Positions 30,220 to 40,854 of a stretch of 64,000 nucleotides of DNA are shown piece by piece. The notes under the pieces were generated by a model, which was given only the letters and a program-made list of their open reading frames with translations, did no database searches and was not told where the DNA came from. The stretch's first letter is position 1. Every line of letters starts with the position of its first letter. The translations under genes were made by a program, and so were the position numbers. The DNA is from Bacteroidia bacterium (GTDB lineage: Bacteria; Bacteroidota; Bacteroidia; M30B66): contig OZ257142.1 in the NCBI GenBank assembly GCA_965279035.1, forward strand, positions 800,001-864,000, read 5' to 3'.

Positions 30220-31362
30220 TTAGCGTTTATATATTTCCAATAATCGATCGGTATAATGATCAATATCGTATTGTTTAGAAAATTCAAGGGCAAATTTCCC
30301 CATTCGTTCGCGTTCTAAAGGATTTTCGATGAAGTAGATAATCTTCTCAGCAAAATCTTCGGCAGATGCATTATTGGGAAGCATAAATCCATTTTCCCCT
30401 TCTTTCATGAGTTCTCTATTTCCAAATCCATCCAATGAAACAACGGGCAAACCCGAAGCCATTGCTTCAAGGATTACAAGTCCAAAAGGTTCGTATAATG
30501 CGGGATGAACATATAAATGAGCATGTTTTAATCGTTCTGGTACATCGCCTACGCTACCTAAAAAACGCAAATGATTTTCAAGTCCTTTTTCTTTCGTTTC
30601 TTTTGTGAGTGAATCCATTAAAACTCCTGCTCCTAAAACATCTATTGTGACAGGATATCCTTTCTTAATTAGAATTTCTACTACGGGAATTAAAAAAGCA
30701 TGATTTTTTTTAGGAACTAAATTCGCGATTGAAACAATATGGAATGGTTCATTCACAGTAGAATACGATCGATCCGTATGAAATCGGCTAGTATTAATGG
30801 CATTGGGGACAAGGTGAATATTCTTTTTGAAATCGGGTAAATTCTCTGTTAAATACTGCTTTACATCTTCAGAAATGGCAATAAAATGATTATTACAAAT
30901 TTGGTATTTCTGCTTTAACCACACCCGTTCCCAATAGTTTGCAAGGATTGATTTGTTGAAGAAGGTTTTAATTGAGCCTTTTTTTAATTGAGGCATATTA
31001 TCGTGCCCGTGGGAGAAATACTTAATTCCTTTTATTATTTCTGATCGTGAAAGGATTTCAGAAAGATAAAGATGAGAATGAATAATATCAGGTTTAAACT
31101 CATTCACATAGGAGATAAAAGCATTATTGTTTATCGTGGGTTTTCGAAGGAATTTAAAATGAACATCACCACCAATAATGCTCAATGGAACTTCGTTCAA
31201 AAGCGATTCTTTATCTGGATAATTTGGCCAAGTAAAATGATGTGGAAATAGACATACTATATGTACTACATGACCTTTTTTGACGAGGTCTTTAGCGATT
31301 GAACCAAGCAGAATTTCGGCACCACCGCATCCCATTGTTGGAATTACATAAAGAATCTTCAT
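30220..31362 (-). CDS. GT4 family glycosyltransferase
   Basis: GGAE, PDIIHSH, VPNAIN, KKNH, EPFGLVILEAMASG; ATG 31362. Confidence 0.9.
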   Translation of the reverse strand: MKILYVIPTMGCGGAEILLGSIAKDLVKKGHVVHIVCLFPHHFTWPNYPDKESLLNEVPLSIIGGDVHFKFLRKPTINNNAFISYVNEFKPDIIHSHLYLSEILSRSEIIKGIKYFSHGHDNMPQLKKGSIKTFFNKSILANYWERVWLKQKYQICNNHFIAISEDVKQYLTENLPDFKKNIHLVPNAINTSRFHTDRSYSTVNEPFHIVSIANLVPKKNHAFLIPVVEILIKKGYPVTIDVLGAGVLMDSLTKETKEKGLENHLRFLGSVGDVPERLKHAHLYVHPALYEPFGLVILEAMASGLPVVSLDGFGNRELMKEGENGFMLPNNASAEDFAEKIIYFIENPLERERMGKFALEFSKQYDIDHYTDRLLEIYKR

Positions 31363-31393
31363 ACTAAAACCCTTATTCAATATATAGGTGAGG

Positions 31394-31401
31394 CAAAGTT
31401 A
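31394..31401 (-). promoter_or_regulatory. Internal -7 promoter element
   Basis: Minus-strand TAACTTTG(C) upstream of the GT4 at 31362. Confidence 0.55.
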
Positions 31402-31514
31402 AATGATACAGAACAAACTTTATTTATCGTATTAGAAAAATTGTTCAATGTAGTATTGTCTCAAAGAATCAAAAAATGATTTTTGAAATTCAATTGAAAC
31501 TAATTAATTGAGAT

Positions 31515-32492
31515 TTAAAGAATTGACATGATTTGATTCGCACAAGAATCACAGGTATATACTCCTGATCGATCATGAATTCTATTATCAGCAACATCTT
31601 CGGAAAAATTATAGACTACGGCTGTTTGATAAAGAAAACCTAATTTTTCTGCCGAATCGATGGTTTCTCTGGTATATGATCCATCTGGATAGCCAATAGA
31701 AACAATCTTCTTTTGAATTACATTTTCCAGGTAAATTTTCGAATCAGAGATTTCCTTATATGCTTTGTCTTGAGTTATTGTTCCCAGATTATTATGTAAA
31801 AATCCATGTGATCCAATTTCGAGATACTTGGATTCGCTGCATTTGAGGATTTCTTTATCCGTCATTAATTTCCAATAATCATCATAACTAACATCCGTTT
31901 TGAAATCATATAATGACTTAAAAGAATCCATCATTTTAAGTTTATAATCGGTATTAGCATTTTCGTCTTTAATAATCGAATATAAATTCTTTCCTGAGTC
32001 TAGACTATAGTATTTTCCATTGTTTTGTCTAAAATTTTCCCCGTCAACATTGATGTCTTGACTTGTGAGAGAAGTCGCAATATTTAAAAAATCAGCCCAA
32101 AGAATATCAGACTCTCCTTCGTTTAATCCAGTAATGAAAAAGGTCCCATTTACTTGAGCTTCTTCTAATATTGGTTTAGCAAAAAGAAAATTATTTCTGT
32201 ACCCATCATCAAATGTGAGCACTATATTGGGTTTGTCTTTTAAAAAACGTTCTTCAAAAAAATCTTCCAAAGAAATAATATGACAGTATTTTTTTAAAAA
32301 CTGAATTTGTCTGTAGAAGTCTTTCTTGGAAGTATGACGCGTATTAAAACGGGTATCACCGACTTGATCAATTCCATGATACATTAAAATGGTATTCTGA
32401 GTTTTCCGAAGGCTTCTCCGAGCCAATAGGCCTGTATTAAAGGAAATCTCGTTTCCAGTACGTTGCAGCTTTGAAAGAATACGATTTATCAT
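31515..32492 (-). CDS. Polysaccharide deacetylase (CE4/NodB-like)
   Basis: ILMYH, LTFDDGY, EIGSHGFLH, YPDG. Confidence 0.88.
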   Translation of the reverse strand: MINRILSKLQRTGNEISFNTGLLARRSLRKTQNTILMYHGIDQVGDTRFNTRHTSKKDFYRQIQFLKKYCHIISLEDFFEERFLKDKPNIVLTFDDGYRNNFLFAKPILEEAQVNGTFFITGLNEGESDILWADFLNIATSLTSQDINVDGENFRQNNGKYYSLDSGKNLYSIIKDENANTDYKLKMMDSFKSLYDFKTDVSYDDYWKLMTDKEILKCSESKYLEIGSHGFLHNNLGTITQDKAYKEISDSKIYLENVIQKKIVSIGYPDGSYTRETIDSAEKLGFLYQTAVVYNFSEDVADNRIHDRSGVYTCDSCANQIMSIL

Positions 32493-32511
32493 AATTCCTG
32501 TTTAACAGGAA

Positions 32512-33456
32512 TTAGAATACATCTAAGTCCGCCCCTGTGAACTTCAAAGATAGATTTTGTTCGGGATTTAGCAAATTCTTAAATACAATTGGAACACCCA
32601 ATACAAACGGATTTTTTGAGCTAAATAATTTATCTATTTCAGATTCATTCGAGGCACTAATAGTTAATTGATCTAAGCCGAGTAATGAAGTCAACTTTTT
32701 AAGCTTAGTAATAATCTCATTGGCTGAATGATTCTTAGAAAGATCAATATCTCCAATAATTAATGAACCATCGATTTTAGCCCAAATAGATACCCCTTTC
32801 CAAGTGAATTGAAACGATGGATTATAGTGTTTGTATTGATAGTAATCAGCGTCTTTCCAAGCACTGTCATCCTTCGAATTCATTTGAGAATTAATAAATG
32901 AATCATTGGATTTTGTTGAATTTCTCAATACGAATGAAACCCAAATTTTATATAGAAACTGCAATCTTAATTTTCTAAAAATCCGATAGATAGGGATGCC
33001 ACTATTTTTGAATATATACTGATGAAAATTTCCACTATGATGCCAGTTTAAGCTCCGTGTAAAACCTGGAAATGAATTATCATTTGGAAATGCATATAGA
33101 TAATTCACACCTTCAGCTAATGCTAATTTCTCTGTTTCTCTTCCTAATAATCCAAATAATCCTTTCCGTTGATGTTCTTTATGTGTAATGATATCAGCCG
33201 ATTGTCCTGAAAGTTTTTTTAATCCATCTATTTTTAGAAAGCCAGGAAATAGACAGAAAAACGCGGCAGGAGTGCCATCTTTTGCATAGGCAAAATGGGC
33301 TAAATATGTTTTAGAAGTGTAGGCTGTATTGTATTTATTTTGAAGATATTTTTCTGAAATATCAATGCCTCTCGATTCTTTAAATAATCGAGATAAGTCT
33401 TTTATATTTTCATGGTTTGCTCTTACAATTCGATACTCAGAAGAATCATCATTCAT
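32512..33456 (-). CDS. GNAT-family acyltransferase
   Basis: DIITHKEHQRKGLF acyl-CoA binding motif; YAFPNDNSFPGF. Confidence 0.75.
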   Translation of the reverse strand: MNDDSSEYRIVRANHENIKDLSRLFKESRGIDISEKYLQNKYNTAYTSKTYLAHFAYAKDGTPAAFFCLFPGFLKIDGLKKLSGQSADIITHKEHQRKGLFGLLGRETEKLALAEGVNYLYAFPNDNSFPGFTRSLNWHHSGNFHQYIFKNSGIPIYRIFRKLRLQFLYKIWVSFVLRNSTKSNDSFINSQMNSKDDSAWKDADYYQYKHYNPSFQFTWKGVSIWAKIDGSLIIGDIDLSKNHSANEIITKLKKLTSLLGLDQLTISASNESEIDKLFSSKNPFVLGVPIVFKNLLNPEQNLSLKFTGADLDVF

Positions 33457-34384
33457 TTTTCGAATTCTTAGTAAGGAGTGGAGCAGTTAAAGGGAAATGG
33501 CTAAGAAACAGGTATAAACGTTCTTTATTACGGTAAGTAGTTAAATGCTTAAATGATTGAAATAACATTTTATTCATCATCGACCAATTTTTCACATACT
33601 CATAATGTCGAGCCATATTAAAGCTGCATTCGGCTAATAGATGTTTTTTTATATTCAAAGGAATTTTCTTTGATACATCTAAATAATCTTTTGCATAGAA
33701 TAATCGATTTAGTCCTTTATAACGATCGAGGTAGGAATTTCGACTTAAATCGACCGAATTCCCCTCATGAATTCTATAAATTAAGGTGTTAGTTATAACT
33801 TGAAATACGGGGAATTTCGTTGCAATAGAAACCCATAGAACAAGGTCTTCAACAATGACAATTTGAGGATCAAATTTAAATTCATTCAAAATAGTTCGAT
33901 GAATACAAACCCTCGATGGAGTGATTGGATTTAAAAGCAAATAATTAAATTCATTTCCGATTTGCATCTCAGGAATCATTGGTGTTTCAATTCCTTTGGC
34001 TGTTAGGTAGCTTACATTGGTAAAGAAGAATGCAATCGGCTTTTGCTTTTGAATAATGAATTGGGACAAGAATTCAAGATGATTGGGAGCATATTTATCA
34101 TCACTATCTAAAAATAATAAATAGTTGCCTTTTGTATGAATAGCACCATTGTTTCTGGCGGCACTTCGTTCTGCATTTTTTTGATAAATATATCGGACTC
34201 TTGGATCTGTGGTTGAAATGGATTCAATCAGTGCTTTAGTATTATCCGTTGAGCCATCATCAACCACTATGATTTCCCAGTCGTTGAAAGACTGAATCTG
34301 AACGCTTTCAATAGTTTCAGAAAGAATGAATGCCCTGTTATATGCTGGGATGATGATACTAAAAAAGGGATTTTCCAAGCCCAT
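33449..34384 (-). CDS. GT2 family glycosyltransferase
   Basis: FSIIIPAYNR, VDDGSTD, SAARN, FLDSDD, ED. Confidence 0.9.
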   Translation of the reverse strand: MGLENPFFSIIIPAYNRAFILSETIESVQIQSFNDWEIIVVDDGSTDNTKALIESISTTDPRVRYIYQKNAERSAARNNGAIHTKGNYLLFLDSDDKYAPNHLEFLSQFIIQKQKPIAFFFTNVSYLTAKGIETPMIPEMQIGNEFNYLLLNPITPSRVCIHRTILNEFKFDPQIVIVEDLVLWVSIATKFPVFQVITNTLIYRIHEGNSVDLSRNSYLDRYKGLNRLFYAKDYLDVSKKIPLNIKKHLLAECSFNMARHYEYVKNWSMMNKMLFQSFKHLTTYRNKERLYLFLSHFPLTAPLLTKNSKNE

Positions 34385-34385
34385 C

Positions 34386-35396
34386 TCAGCCAAGTAGTGT
34401 TTTAAAGCGGAACTTTAATTTTTCTTTTGAAGTTGGCAGATAAATCTTGCTAAATGCCGATTTATTGAAAATACTCCAACCTTGCTTCAGTGTTTCTTTA
34501 TTGTTATAACACAAATGAAAAAAACGGATTGCTAAATAGTTCTGAAACGCTTGTTTAGGAATAAATCCACTTTGATTATTGGCAAGCAGAATTTTCTCTA
34601 TCAATACTCTTAATTGCTCCATTTGAGTGGAATCTAAGCTCCAGTCAACATTAGCAAATCTTCCATACAGATTTATTTCATCAATGGATAATTCAATGCC
34701 CATGGAACGAAACTGCTTTTGTTTCACTTTGGCGCAGGTATCCTGCATTGTTTGGGCATATTTATTCGAAATGTTTTTTGGATGATCTCGTTTTAGAACA
34801 AGTAATTCTTGAATGTTAGAAAGCTTGCAATAATCGCTCAGCCGTACCCAAAATTCATAATCTTCTCCATGAACAAATTCTGGATCAAAGAATAAATTGT
34901 TTTGACGTAAAACAGAAGTTCTAATAGCCGCAGTTGGATGAGAAATATGAGTTTGATATAAATGCCGAATTCGGATTTCTGTATCGTCTTGGCTGTATTT
35001 TACAACTTTAGATTCGATGTGTTCTCCAAAATCCTCAAACCAAGTCCCAATTAGGCCGTAATCAGGGTTTTTATCTAAGAATTCAACTTGTTTCTCAATA
35101 CGTTGAGGAAGACTAATGTCATCCTGGTCCATGCGGATAATATATTCACCAATGCATTTTTCTAGACCAATATTGAGAGAAGCAATTAAGCCTTTATTTG
35201 AATCATTGTTGATTAGGCGAATTCGATTATCCTGAAAGCTTTGTATTACATCGATGCTTCGATCGGTTGATCCATCATTCACAATCACAAATTCAAAATC
35301 ACGATATGTTTGATCGAGAATACTTTGTATTGCAGCAACAAGGTCATCTCCGGCATTATAAACCGGCATAAATACAGAAACGCGTGGATTGGCCAT
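34386..35396 (-). CDS. GT2 family glycosyltransferase
   Basis: VSVFMPVYN, NDGSTD, RMDQDD, HPT, EDYEFW; ATG 35396. Confidence 0.9.
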   Translation of the reverse strand: MANPRVSVFMPVYNAGDDLVAAIQSILDQTYRDFEFVIVNDGSTDRSIDVIQSFQDNRIRLINNDSNKGLIASLNIGLEKCIGEYIIRMDQDDISLPQRIEKQVEFLDKNPDYGLIGTWFEDFGEHIESKVVKYSQDDTEIRIRHLYQTHISHPTAAIRTSVLRQNNLFFDPEFVHGEDYEFWVRLSDYCKLSNIQELLVLKRDHPKNISNKYAQTMQDTCAKVKQKQFRSMGIELSIDEINLYGRFANVDWSLDSTQMEQLRVLIEKILLANNQSGFIPKQAFQNYLAIRFFHLCYNNKETLKQGWSIFNKSAFSKIYLPTSKEKLKFRFKTLLG

Positions 35397-35398
35397 CT

Positions 35399-36337
35399 TT
35401 AAGAACGCGGCAAAGATACAAGCATTTCTCGCCAAAGTTCTTCAATCCCTTTTTCAAGTTCGATTTTGGCTTGCCATCCTGTAAGTGTATTGATTTTATT
35501 GACGTTTAGGATGTTTGTAGGCGTATCTACAGCACGTGATGGGAGATATTTTACGGGAAAGTTTTGTTGAGTTGCTAAACGTATTTTCTCGAGTACCTCA
35601 TTCACCGTTGAACCTACTCCTGAACCAATATTTAGAATTTCATTTTGAATTGGATGTTTCAAAATAAATTCAATTCCTCTGCATAAATCTTGAATGTGAA
35701 TATAATCTCTTACCACATTTCCATCACCCCAGATTTCAACCGGCTGTTCTTGAATTAACTTTCCTAAAGTAACAGCAATTAAGCCTTGTTTACCATATAG
35801 ATTCTGTCCAGATCCATAAGGATTGGAAGGGCGAACAATCACATAATCAAGTCCGAGATTTCTTGATTGGAAACGGATATATTCCTCCATAGCCAATTTT
35901 GAAAATCCGTAATAATTAATGGGTGCTGTTACTGATGTTTCACTATTTACTTCTTGACCATTATTCCCATAGATAGCGCCACCTGTAGAGAAGAACATCA
36001 ATTTTTTACTTCCATGTTGAAGCATTCCATTTACTAATTCAAATCCAGCAAGTAGATTCAAATCTTGTTCTTTTTGAAAATCATTAAATCCGGAGGATGG
36101 TATGAGACTACAAGCTAAATGGATAACCCTATCGAATGGACCTTTTTGAAGACATGAATGAAGAAAATGACGATCGGTAATGTCTCCAATATATTCGATG
36201 TAGGGAAATTCAATTAGCTTATCAGAGGTAAAAGGGAACTTATCGCAAATATGAATTTCATATCCTTCATCGGAAAGATGAGAAGCGAGATTTCGGCCAA
36301 TAAAACCGTTACCACCAAGGATGAGAATACGCGACAT
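35399..36337 (-). CDS. NAD-dependent epimerase/dehydratase (extended SDR)
   Basis: ILGGNGFIG, STGGAIYG, YGFSK (YxxxK), RPSNPYG, WGDG..VRDY. Confidence 0.88.
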   Translation of the reverse strand: MSRILILGGNGFIGRNLASHLSDEGYEIHICDKFPFTSDKLIEFPYIEYIGDITDRHFLHSCLQKGPFDRVIHLACSLIPSSGFNDFQKEQDLNLLAGFELVNGMLQHGSKKLMFFSTGGAIYGNNGQEVNSETSVTAPINYYGFSKLAMEEYIRFQSRNLGLDYVIVRPSNPYGSGQNLYGKQGLIAVTLGKLIQEQPVEIWGDGNVVRDYIHIQDLCRGIEFILKHPIQNEILNIGSGVGSTVNEVLEKIRLATQQNFPVKYLPSRAVDTPTNILNVNKINTLTGWQAKIELEKGIEELWREMLVSLPRS

Positions 36338-36368
36338 GATCGCGAAGATAATAATTTCGTTGATTAAG

Positions 36369-37259
36369 TTAGATGCGTCTCCAATTTGAAGGTATCAAAT
36401 CAGAGGTATTTCGAACATCATCGGCGAACCATTTTACAGGGCAAATTACCTTTTTAGTCCTTGATGGATTTAACCAAGCGCCCCACCAACTAAAGCTACT
36501 ATTTGCCGTAATGTGGTGTTTGCACATGCTCATCAGTTGCATATCGATATATGCCAAATCACCTTGATTATTATCGATATAATGAACAGGCCAGCTTAAT
36601 TTTAAATTGATTTTACACCATTCGGGATCATCTGAGAAAATGAAAAAAACAGGATCTATTTCATTTTCTGCGATCAATTTAGCTGCACTTTCATAATAGT
36701 CAATCCCACACGAACCGTGCGTTTTAGCCACATCGGGATTATTTACCATATCGGTTCTTCTTACATGCAGGGAAATAGCATTCGACTGTTTAATTAATTG
36801 TTCCCAATGCTTATTTTTATCGCTTAATGGATATTTAAATCGAAAATCATTTCGAATTTGATTCTCCTGATTTTTAAAATATTTCTCTGATTGCCAGTAT
36901 CCAATGAGGTAAATATTGCTAGAAGCCTTTGTGAAATTTGCATCATAATGAAAGAACGGTTCTTTATAAACCAATTTCTTATGATTGGGTTTCATTGAAT
37001 CTAATTTGGTTCTTATTTTTCCTGGAATGCTTGTTATATCAGGTTTAAGGAAATAATCAATTTCTTTTCTCGAAGCCAATTCAGGTTGAAGCATGTATGG
37101 ATCGAGTCCATAATTCCGTGGAGTTTGTTTTTCAATATCCAGTTCAAACCATGTTTTATCTAATTTCAACGAAGTGTTTTTCTCCATCGATAAGGCTTTC
37201 CCTGCAGCATATTGAAATAGTTGATTACCCAATCCACTAATTAGTTCAATGATTATCAT
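36369..37259 (-). CDS. GT11 alpha-1,2-fucosyltransferase-like protein
   Basis: GLGNQLFQY, GYWQSE, HVRRTD, FSDD, ANSSFSWWGAWL; ATG 37259. Confidence 0.92.
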   Translation of the reverse strand: MIIIELISGLGNQLFQYAAGKALSMEKNTSLKLDKTWFELDIEKQTPRNYGLDPYMLQPELASRKEIDYFLKPDITSIPGKIRTKLDSMKPNHKKLVYKEPFFHYDANFTKASSNIYLIGYWQSEKYFKNQENQIRNDFRFKYPLSDKNKHWEQLIKQSNAISLHVRRTDMVNNPDVAKTHGSCGIDYYESAAKLIAENEIDPVFFIFSDDPEWCKINLKLSWPVHYIDNNQGDLAYIDMQLMSMCKHHITANSSFSWWGAWLNPSRTKKVICPVKWFADDVRNTSDLIPSNWRRI

Positions 37260-38181
37260 GATTTTTTTGTTGAATTTGAATCCATTTCCCAAGAAATTTA
37301 ATTGCTAATTGATTATTTAATTTAGAAATAAAACAATAAAGTGAAATAAACGCAGGAATTGTTCCTCGAAATCCGGCAGTTCGAATTTCTTGAATAGACC
37401 GAATCTTATAGGTTTGCATGAGAAACAATAAACGTTCGTTGAATATTACTTTATCATCAGAATTTAAAATGGATTTTAATTTATCATAACAATAAAAGAA
37501 TTCTTTTAACTCCACATTTTTATTGTCGCGTAGAGTATTTGTTAATTGAAGTGGATGTTGATCAGAAGTAATAATTAAAGGTTCATCAATTGCATAACTT
37601 CCATATTTATAGATGAATTGCATATAACTTTCGATGTCAACCAACCAAATTAAGTTGGAGTCAAACGGGATAAATGCTTCGCGTTTTATAATCGTTGCAG
37701 ATGGCGCACCAATAATATTCGCGTGAAATAATACAGAAGGTTGCTGATTGATGTTTTTGATTTTAGAATCATTGGTATTATAAAGCAATTTTTCTCCAGT
37801 CAAGGTGTTGAAAATAAAACTCTTGCAGAACAAAAATACTTGATCGGGATGTTCTTTAATTGCCCAAACAAATCGTTCCAAGGCAAGTGAATTTTCAAAC
37901 CAATCGTCATGATGCATTATTTTAATCCATGTTCCTTGTGCATGTGTAACAGAAGAATTCCAATTCTCAGGAGAACCTTTTGATGGCTGGTTATGAAAAT
38001 AGTGCAGATCGAAATTCCAAGATTTCTCTTTAGTGACATTCAAAACGGATCCATCTTGACTGTCATCCGAAAGAATCACTTCAAAATCTCTGAACGTTTG
38101 AACTTCAATAGATTCAAGCAATCTTCTTAGATCATCGGGTTGTTTATACGCTGGAATACAAATAGAAATGAATGGCGTCAT
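37246..38181 (-). CDS. GT2 family glycosyltransferase
   Basis: ISICIPAY, LSDDS, ENWN, MHHDD, IGAPS; ATG 38181. Confidence 0.87.
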   Translation of the reverse strand: MTPFISICIPAYKQPDDLRRLLESIEVQTFRDFEVILSDDSQDGSVLNVTKEKSWNFDLHYFHNQPSKGSPENWNSSVTHAQGTWIKIMHHDDWFENSLALERFVWAIKEHPDQVFLFCKSFIFNTLTGEKLLYNTNDSKIKNINQQPSVLFHANIIGAPSATIIKREAFIPFDSNLIWLVDIESYMQFIYKYGSYAIDEPLIITSDQHPLQLTNTLRDNKNVELKEFFYCYDKLKSILNSDDKVIFNERLLFLMQTYKIRSIQEIRTAGFRGTIPAFISLYCFISKLNNQLAIKFLGKWIQIQQKNHDNH

Positions 38182-38387
38182 TTTTTCAGCTTGAAAGAGT
38201 TTCTCCATTTTTATTTACACATATTCAATGAAGCCTTTTCATGATGGTCCAATGATTTTTGAGCAGTATGTTTTTCAAATAAACAAAAAGAGAACTAGAA
38301 ATTGGAGTTGATAATTTTAATTCCCTGACATACAGCAATATGTCAAAAATATGTCACATCTTAAAAACAAAAAAATGATTGTGGATG

Positions 38388-39377
38388 TTAGAAGAGTGTA
38401 GCGTTAGTTTGATTTAGGTATTGGGGTGGGTCTTCATTGATCTGCCCCAATTTTTTTCTGCTTCTTAGCAAGCTACTAATGAATAGTTTCTTTGAAATAA
38501 CCCAGCTAAAGCACAATGAAATCCCTCGTATTCCTGGATGGATTTCACGAAGAATTTTGAACATTAACGGGCTTGGGGCACTTTTCAAATTATTCTCCTT
38601 GATAATTACAGTTAAGTATCTCAAGTAAACTTGTTGTAAATGAATTCGTCTGTTGATTGCATGTTTTCCCGGTAAGATTAGAATTGCTTTCAACATGGGA
38701 ATTACGAGCTTTAATTCTTGCCAAGTTGAAGAACCGGGATGCACTCGATAAAGAATCAAGGCCTCTGAAATACTTAAGAAAGAACAGCCCTTTTCAAGTA
38801 ATAGCGTCCAAAGTAGATAATCCTCACAATTTTGGATTTCTAATTCTTCTGGAAACATTCCTTTAGAAAACAAGACCTCCTTTTTAACCAATACAGAAGA
38901 CGTTGGGATTTTATTTTGAGCGTGAAATTCTTGAACTGCTTCTTCTCCTTGGTACACTTTATTTTGAACTCCAAAACGATGTTCTCTTAAATCCATTTGA
39001 TTGGATAAACAGATAAAGCCATCGGTAAAACTCAAATCATAATTCCCTTTTATGGTTTCCTCCAATTGAAATTTCAACTTCCCGGGCAACCAAATGTCAT
39101 CCGAATCTAAAAAGGCTATCCAAACCCCTTTTGCTAGTTTAATTCCTGTATTTCGAGCCTTTCCTTGACGTCCGTTGGCTTGTTTGATTAAACGAATTCG
39201 TGAATCTGAAGCGCTTAGTTTTTCGACTACTTCAAGCGTAATATCTGTAGATCCATCGTCTACAATAATTAGTTCCCAAGAGGAATAATCTTGAATTTGA
39301 ATCGACTGAACTGTAGTTTCTAAATAGTCGGCACAATTGTATGCAGGTATGATAATGGAAACGATCGGATTTTCCAT
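38388..39377 (-). CDS. GT2 family glycosyltransferase
   Basis: VSIIIPAYN, VDDGSTD, ARN, FLDSDD, EDYLLW. Confidence 0.9.
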   Translation of the reverse strand: MENPIVSIIIPAYNCADYLETTVQSIQIQDYSSWELIIVDDGSTDITLEVVEKLSASDSRIRLIKQANGRQGKARNTGIKLAKGVWIAFLDSDDIWLPGKLKFQLEETIKGNYDLSFTDGFICLSNQMDLREHRFGVQNKVYQGEEAVQEFHAQNKIPTSSVLVKKEVLFSKGMFPEELEIQNCEDYLLWTLLLEKGCSFLSISEALILYRVHPGSSTWQELKLVIPMLKAILILPGKHAINRRIHLQQVYLRYLTVIIKENNLKSAPSPLMFKILREIHPGIRGISLCFSWVISKKLFISSLLRSRKKLGQINEDPPQYLNQTNATLF

Positions 39378-39378
39378 A

Positions 39379-40854
39379 TCAACTAAAATTCGACATCGAT
39401 TTCAAAACTCTTTTTTCACGAATGCGAGCTTCAAGTTTTGGTGAAACAGAGATAAATTTTCGAAATAACCTCATAATCAAAGGAGGTTTGTCGCTTAATA
39501 CTTCGCCCATAAACATCCCTTTTTCTACATCAATGGATTTGAAATGTTTAAATGGAATTCCAAATGTTTGGATGTAGAATCCGTATTTCAATGCACCTAA
39601 TTTGGGCATAGGTTCAATATGATCTTTTATCATCCCACATAATTCTTCATGCGAGTTGGGTTCGTATGTTGAGCCAAGCGATTTATAGTAGGAATTAGAA
39701 GCTAAAATGGAGGGTTTTCCCCAATATGTTGCTTCAATTCCAGCGGAAGATCCAAATGAAATAGCCTTCTCACTTAAATCCATAATCAAATAAGTACTTA
39801 TTTGAGATTCAGCAGTAATGACTGTTAAATTGGGATAATTGAGCTCGTATAAATCAGTTTTATGATGCGACGTTACCGTTTTGAAATTGGGATGAATTCT
39901 CAAATAAAAATGAAAATTGGAATCATCTTTAAAGCTTTCTACAATCTTTTTTATCCCTGTAATTTGATCAGGATAAATAATCTTTTCTTCATCTTGATAA
40001 ATAGCAGCGAGCTCATCATCCGAAGAATGTAAAATCAGCACATTCCGTTTGTCATTATTCCAATCGGGAGGCAATGTTTTAACATGATCTTTCGTAAAAG
40101 AGTACCAGTTGGTAATTACTCCGACTCTTCGATTATCGTAGAATTTCTTTCCTTCCTCATTTCGGAATTTCTCATCTGCATTTTCCCAAGATTCATTAAC
40201 TGCACGAAAATTAAAGTCAAGATCAGATATTGCTTCGTTGATTGTGACCGAGTATTTATCTAAAGAACTTCCTCTTTCATGTAAATAGCAATCAATACCT
40301 AATTCTTTACATGCAGTAAAGACAGCCGCTGTATGTGCGAATCGACCACTAAAAGCATATACACGATCGGGTTTTTCCTTCTTCAATACATTGAGTATAG
40401 AATAATAAACACCAGCACTACTAATGATGTAATTCTTGAGTGTTGGCTTAAACTGATCAAGTGATGGACTTGGATCTCGTGTTATAGCAATGATGGAATT
40501 GATAATCCCAAAACCTAAGCGAAAATTCCCAACAGTGAGCTTTCTCAACTCTTCCATTCCACTAATATCTTTAGGAATATTAGCTATAATGGATTTTTGT
40601 TCAGAGTCAAGAGCTGGCAGTGGAATAGAGCGAATTGGTTTTTTTAAGAGTTGCAAACCATGTTGATGTTTTGCTAAACATAAATCACATTTCTCCGGAA
40701 CCATGAATGGATTCAGATCGCAATTTGGAAGTTGAGCATTGCAATAAACTTGAATTATTTCATGTCCTTCATCCGAAAGATTCGTGATTAATTCTAGTTC
40801 AGTTTCGTAATGCGAAACCCATTGAAGATGTGAATTGAAAAAAAGTATTTTCAT
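39379..40854 (-). CDS. Capsule-synthesis (KpsS-like) GT-B protein, candidate nonulosonate transferase
   Basis: HERG, SSDDE, YLRIHP (HP motif), SSAGIEA..GKP; immediately downstream of the nonulosonate genes. Confidence 0.55.
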   Translation of the reverse strand: MKILFFNSHLQWVSHYETELELITNLSDEGHEIIQVYCNAQLPNCDLNPFMVPEKCDLCLAKHQHGLQLLKKPIRSIPLPALDSEQKSIIANIPKDISGMEELRKLTVGNFRLGFGIINSIIAITRDPSPSLDQFKPTLKNYIISSAGVYYSILNVLKKEKPDRVYAFSGRFAHTAAVFTACKELGIDCYLHERGSSLDKYSVTINEAISDLDFNFRAVNESWENADEKFRNEEGKKFYDNRRVGVITNWYSFTKDHVKTLPPDWNNDKRNVLILHSSDDELAAIYQDEEKIIYPDQITGIKKIVESFKDDSNFHFYLRIHPNFKTVTSHHKTDLYELNYPNLTVITAESQISTYLIMDLSEKAISFGSSAGIEATYWGKPSILASNSYYKSLGSTYEPNSHEELCGMIKDHIEPMPKLGALKYGFYIQTFGIPFKHFKSIDVEKGMFMGEVLSDKPPLIMRLFRKFISVSPKLEARIREKRVLKSMSNFS

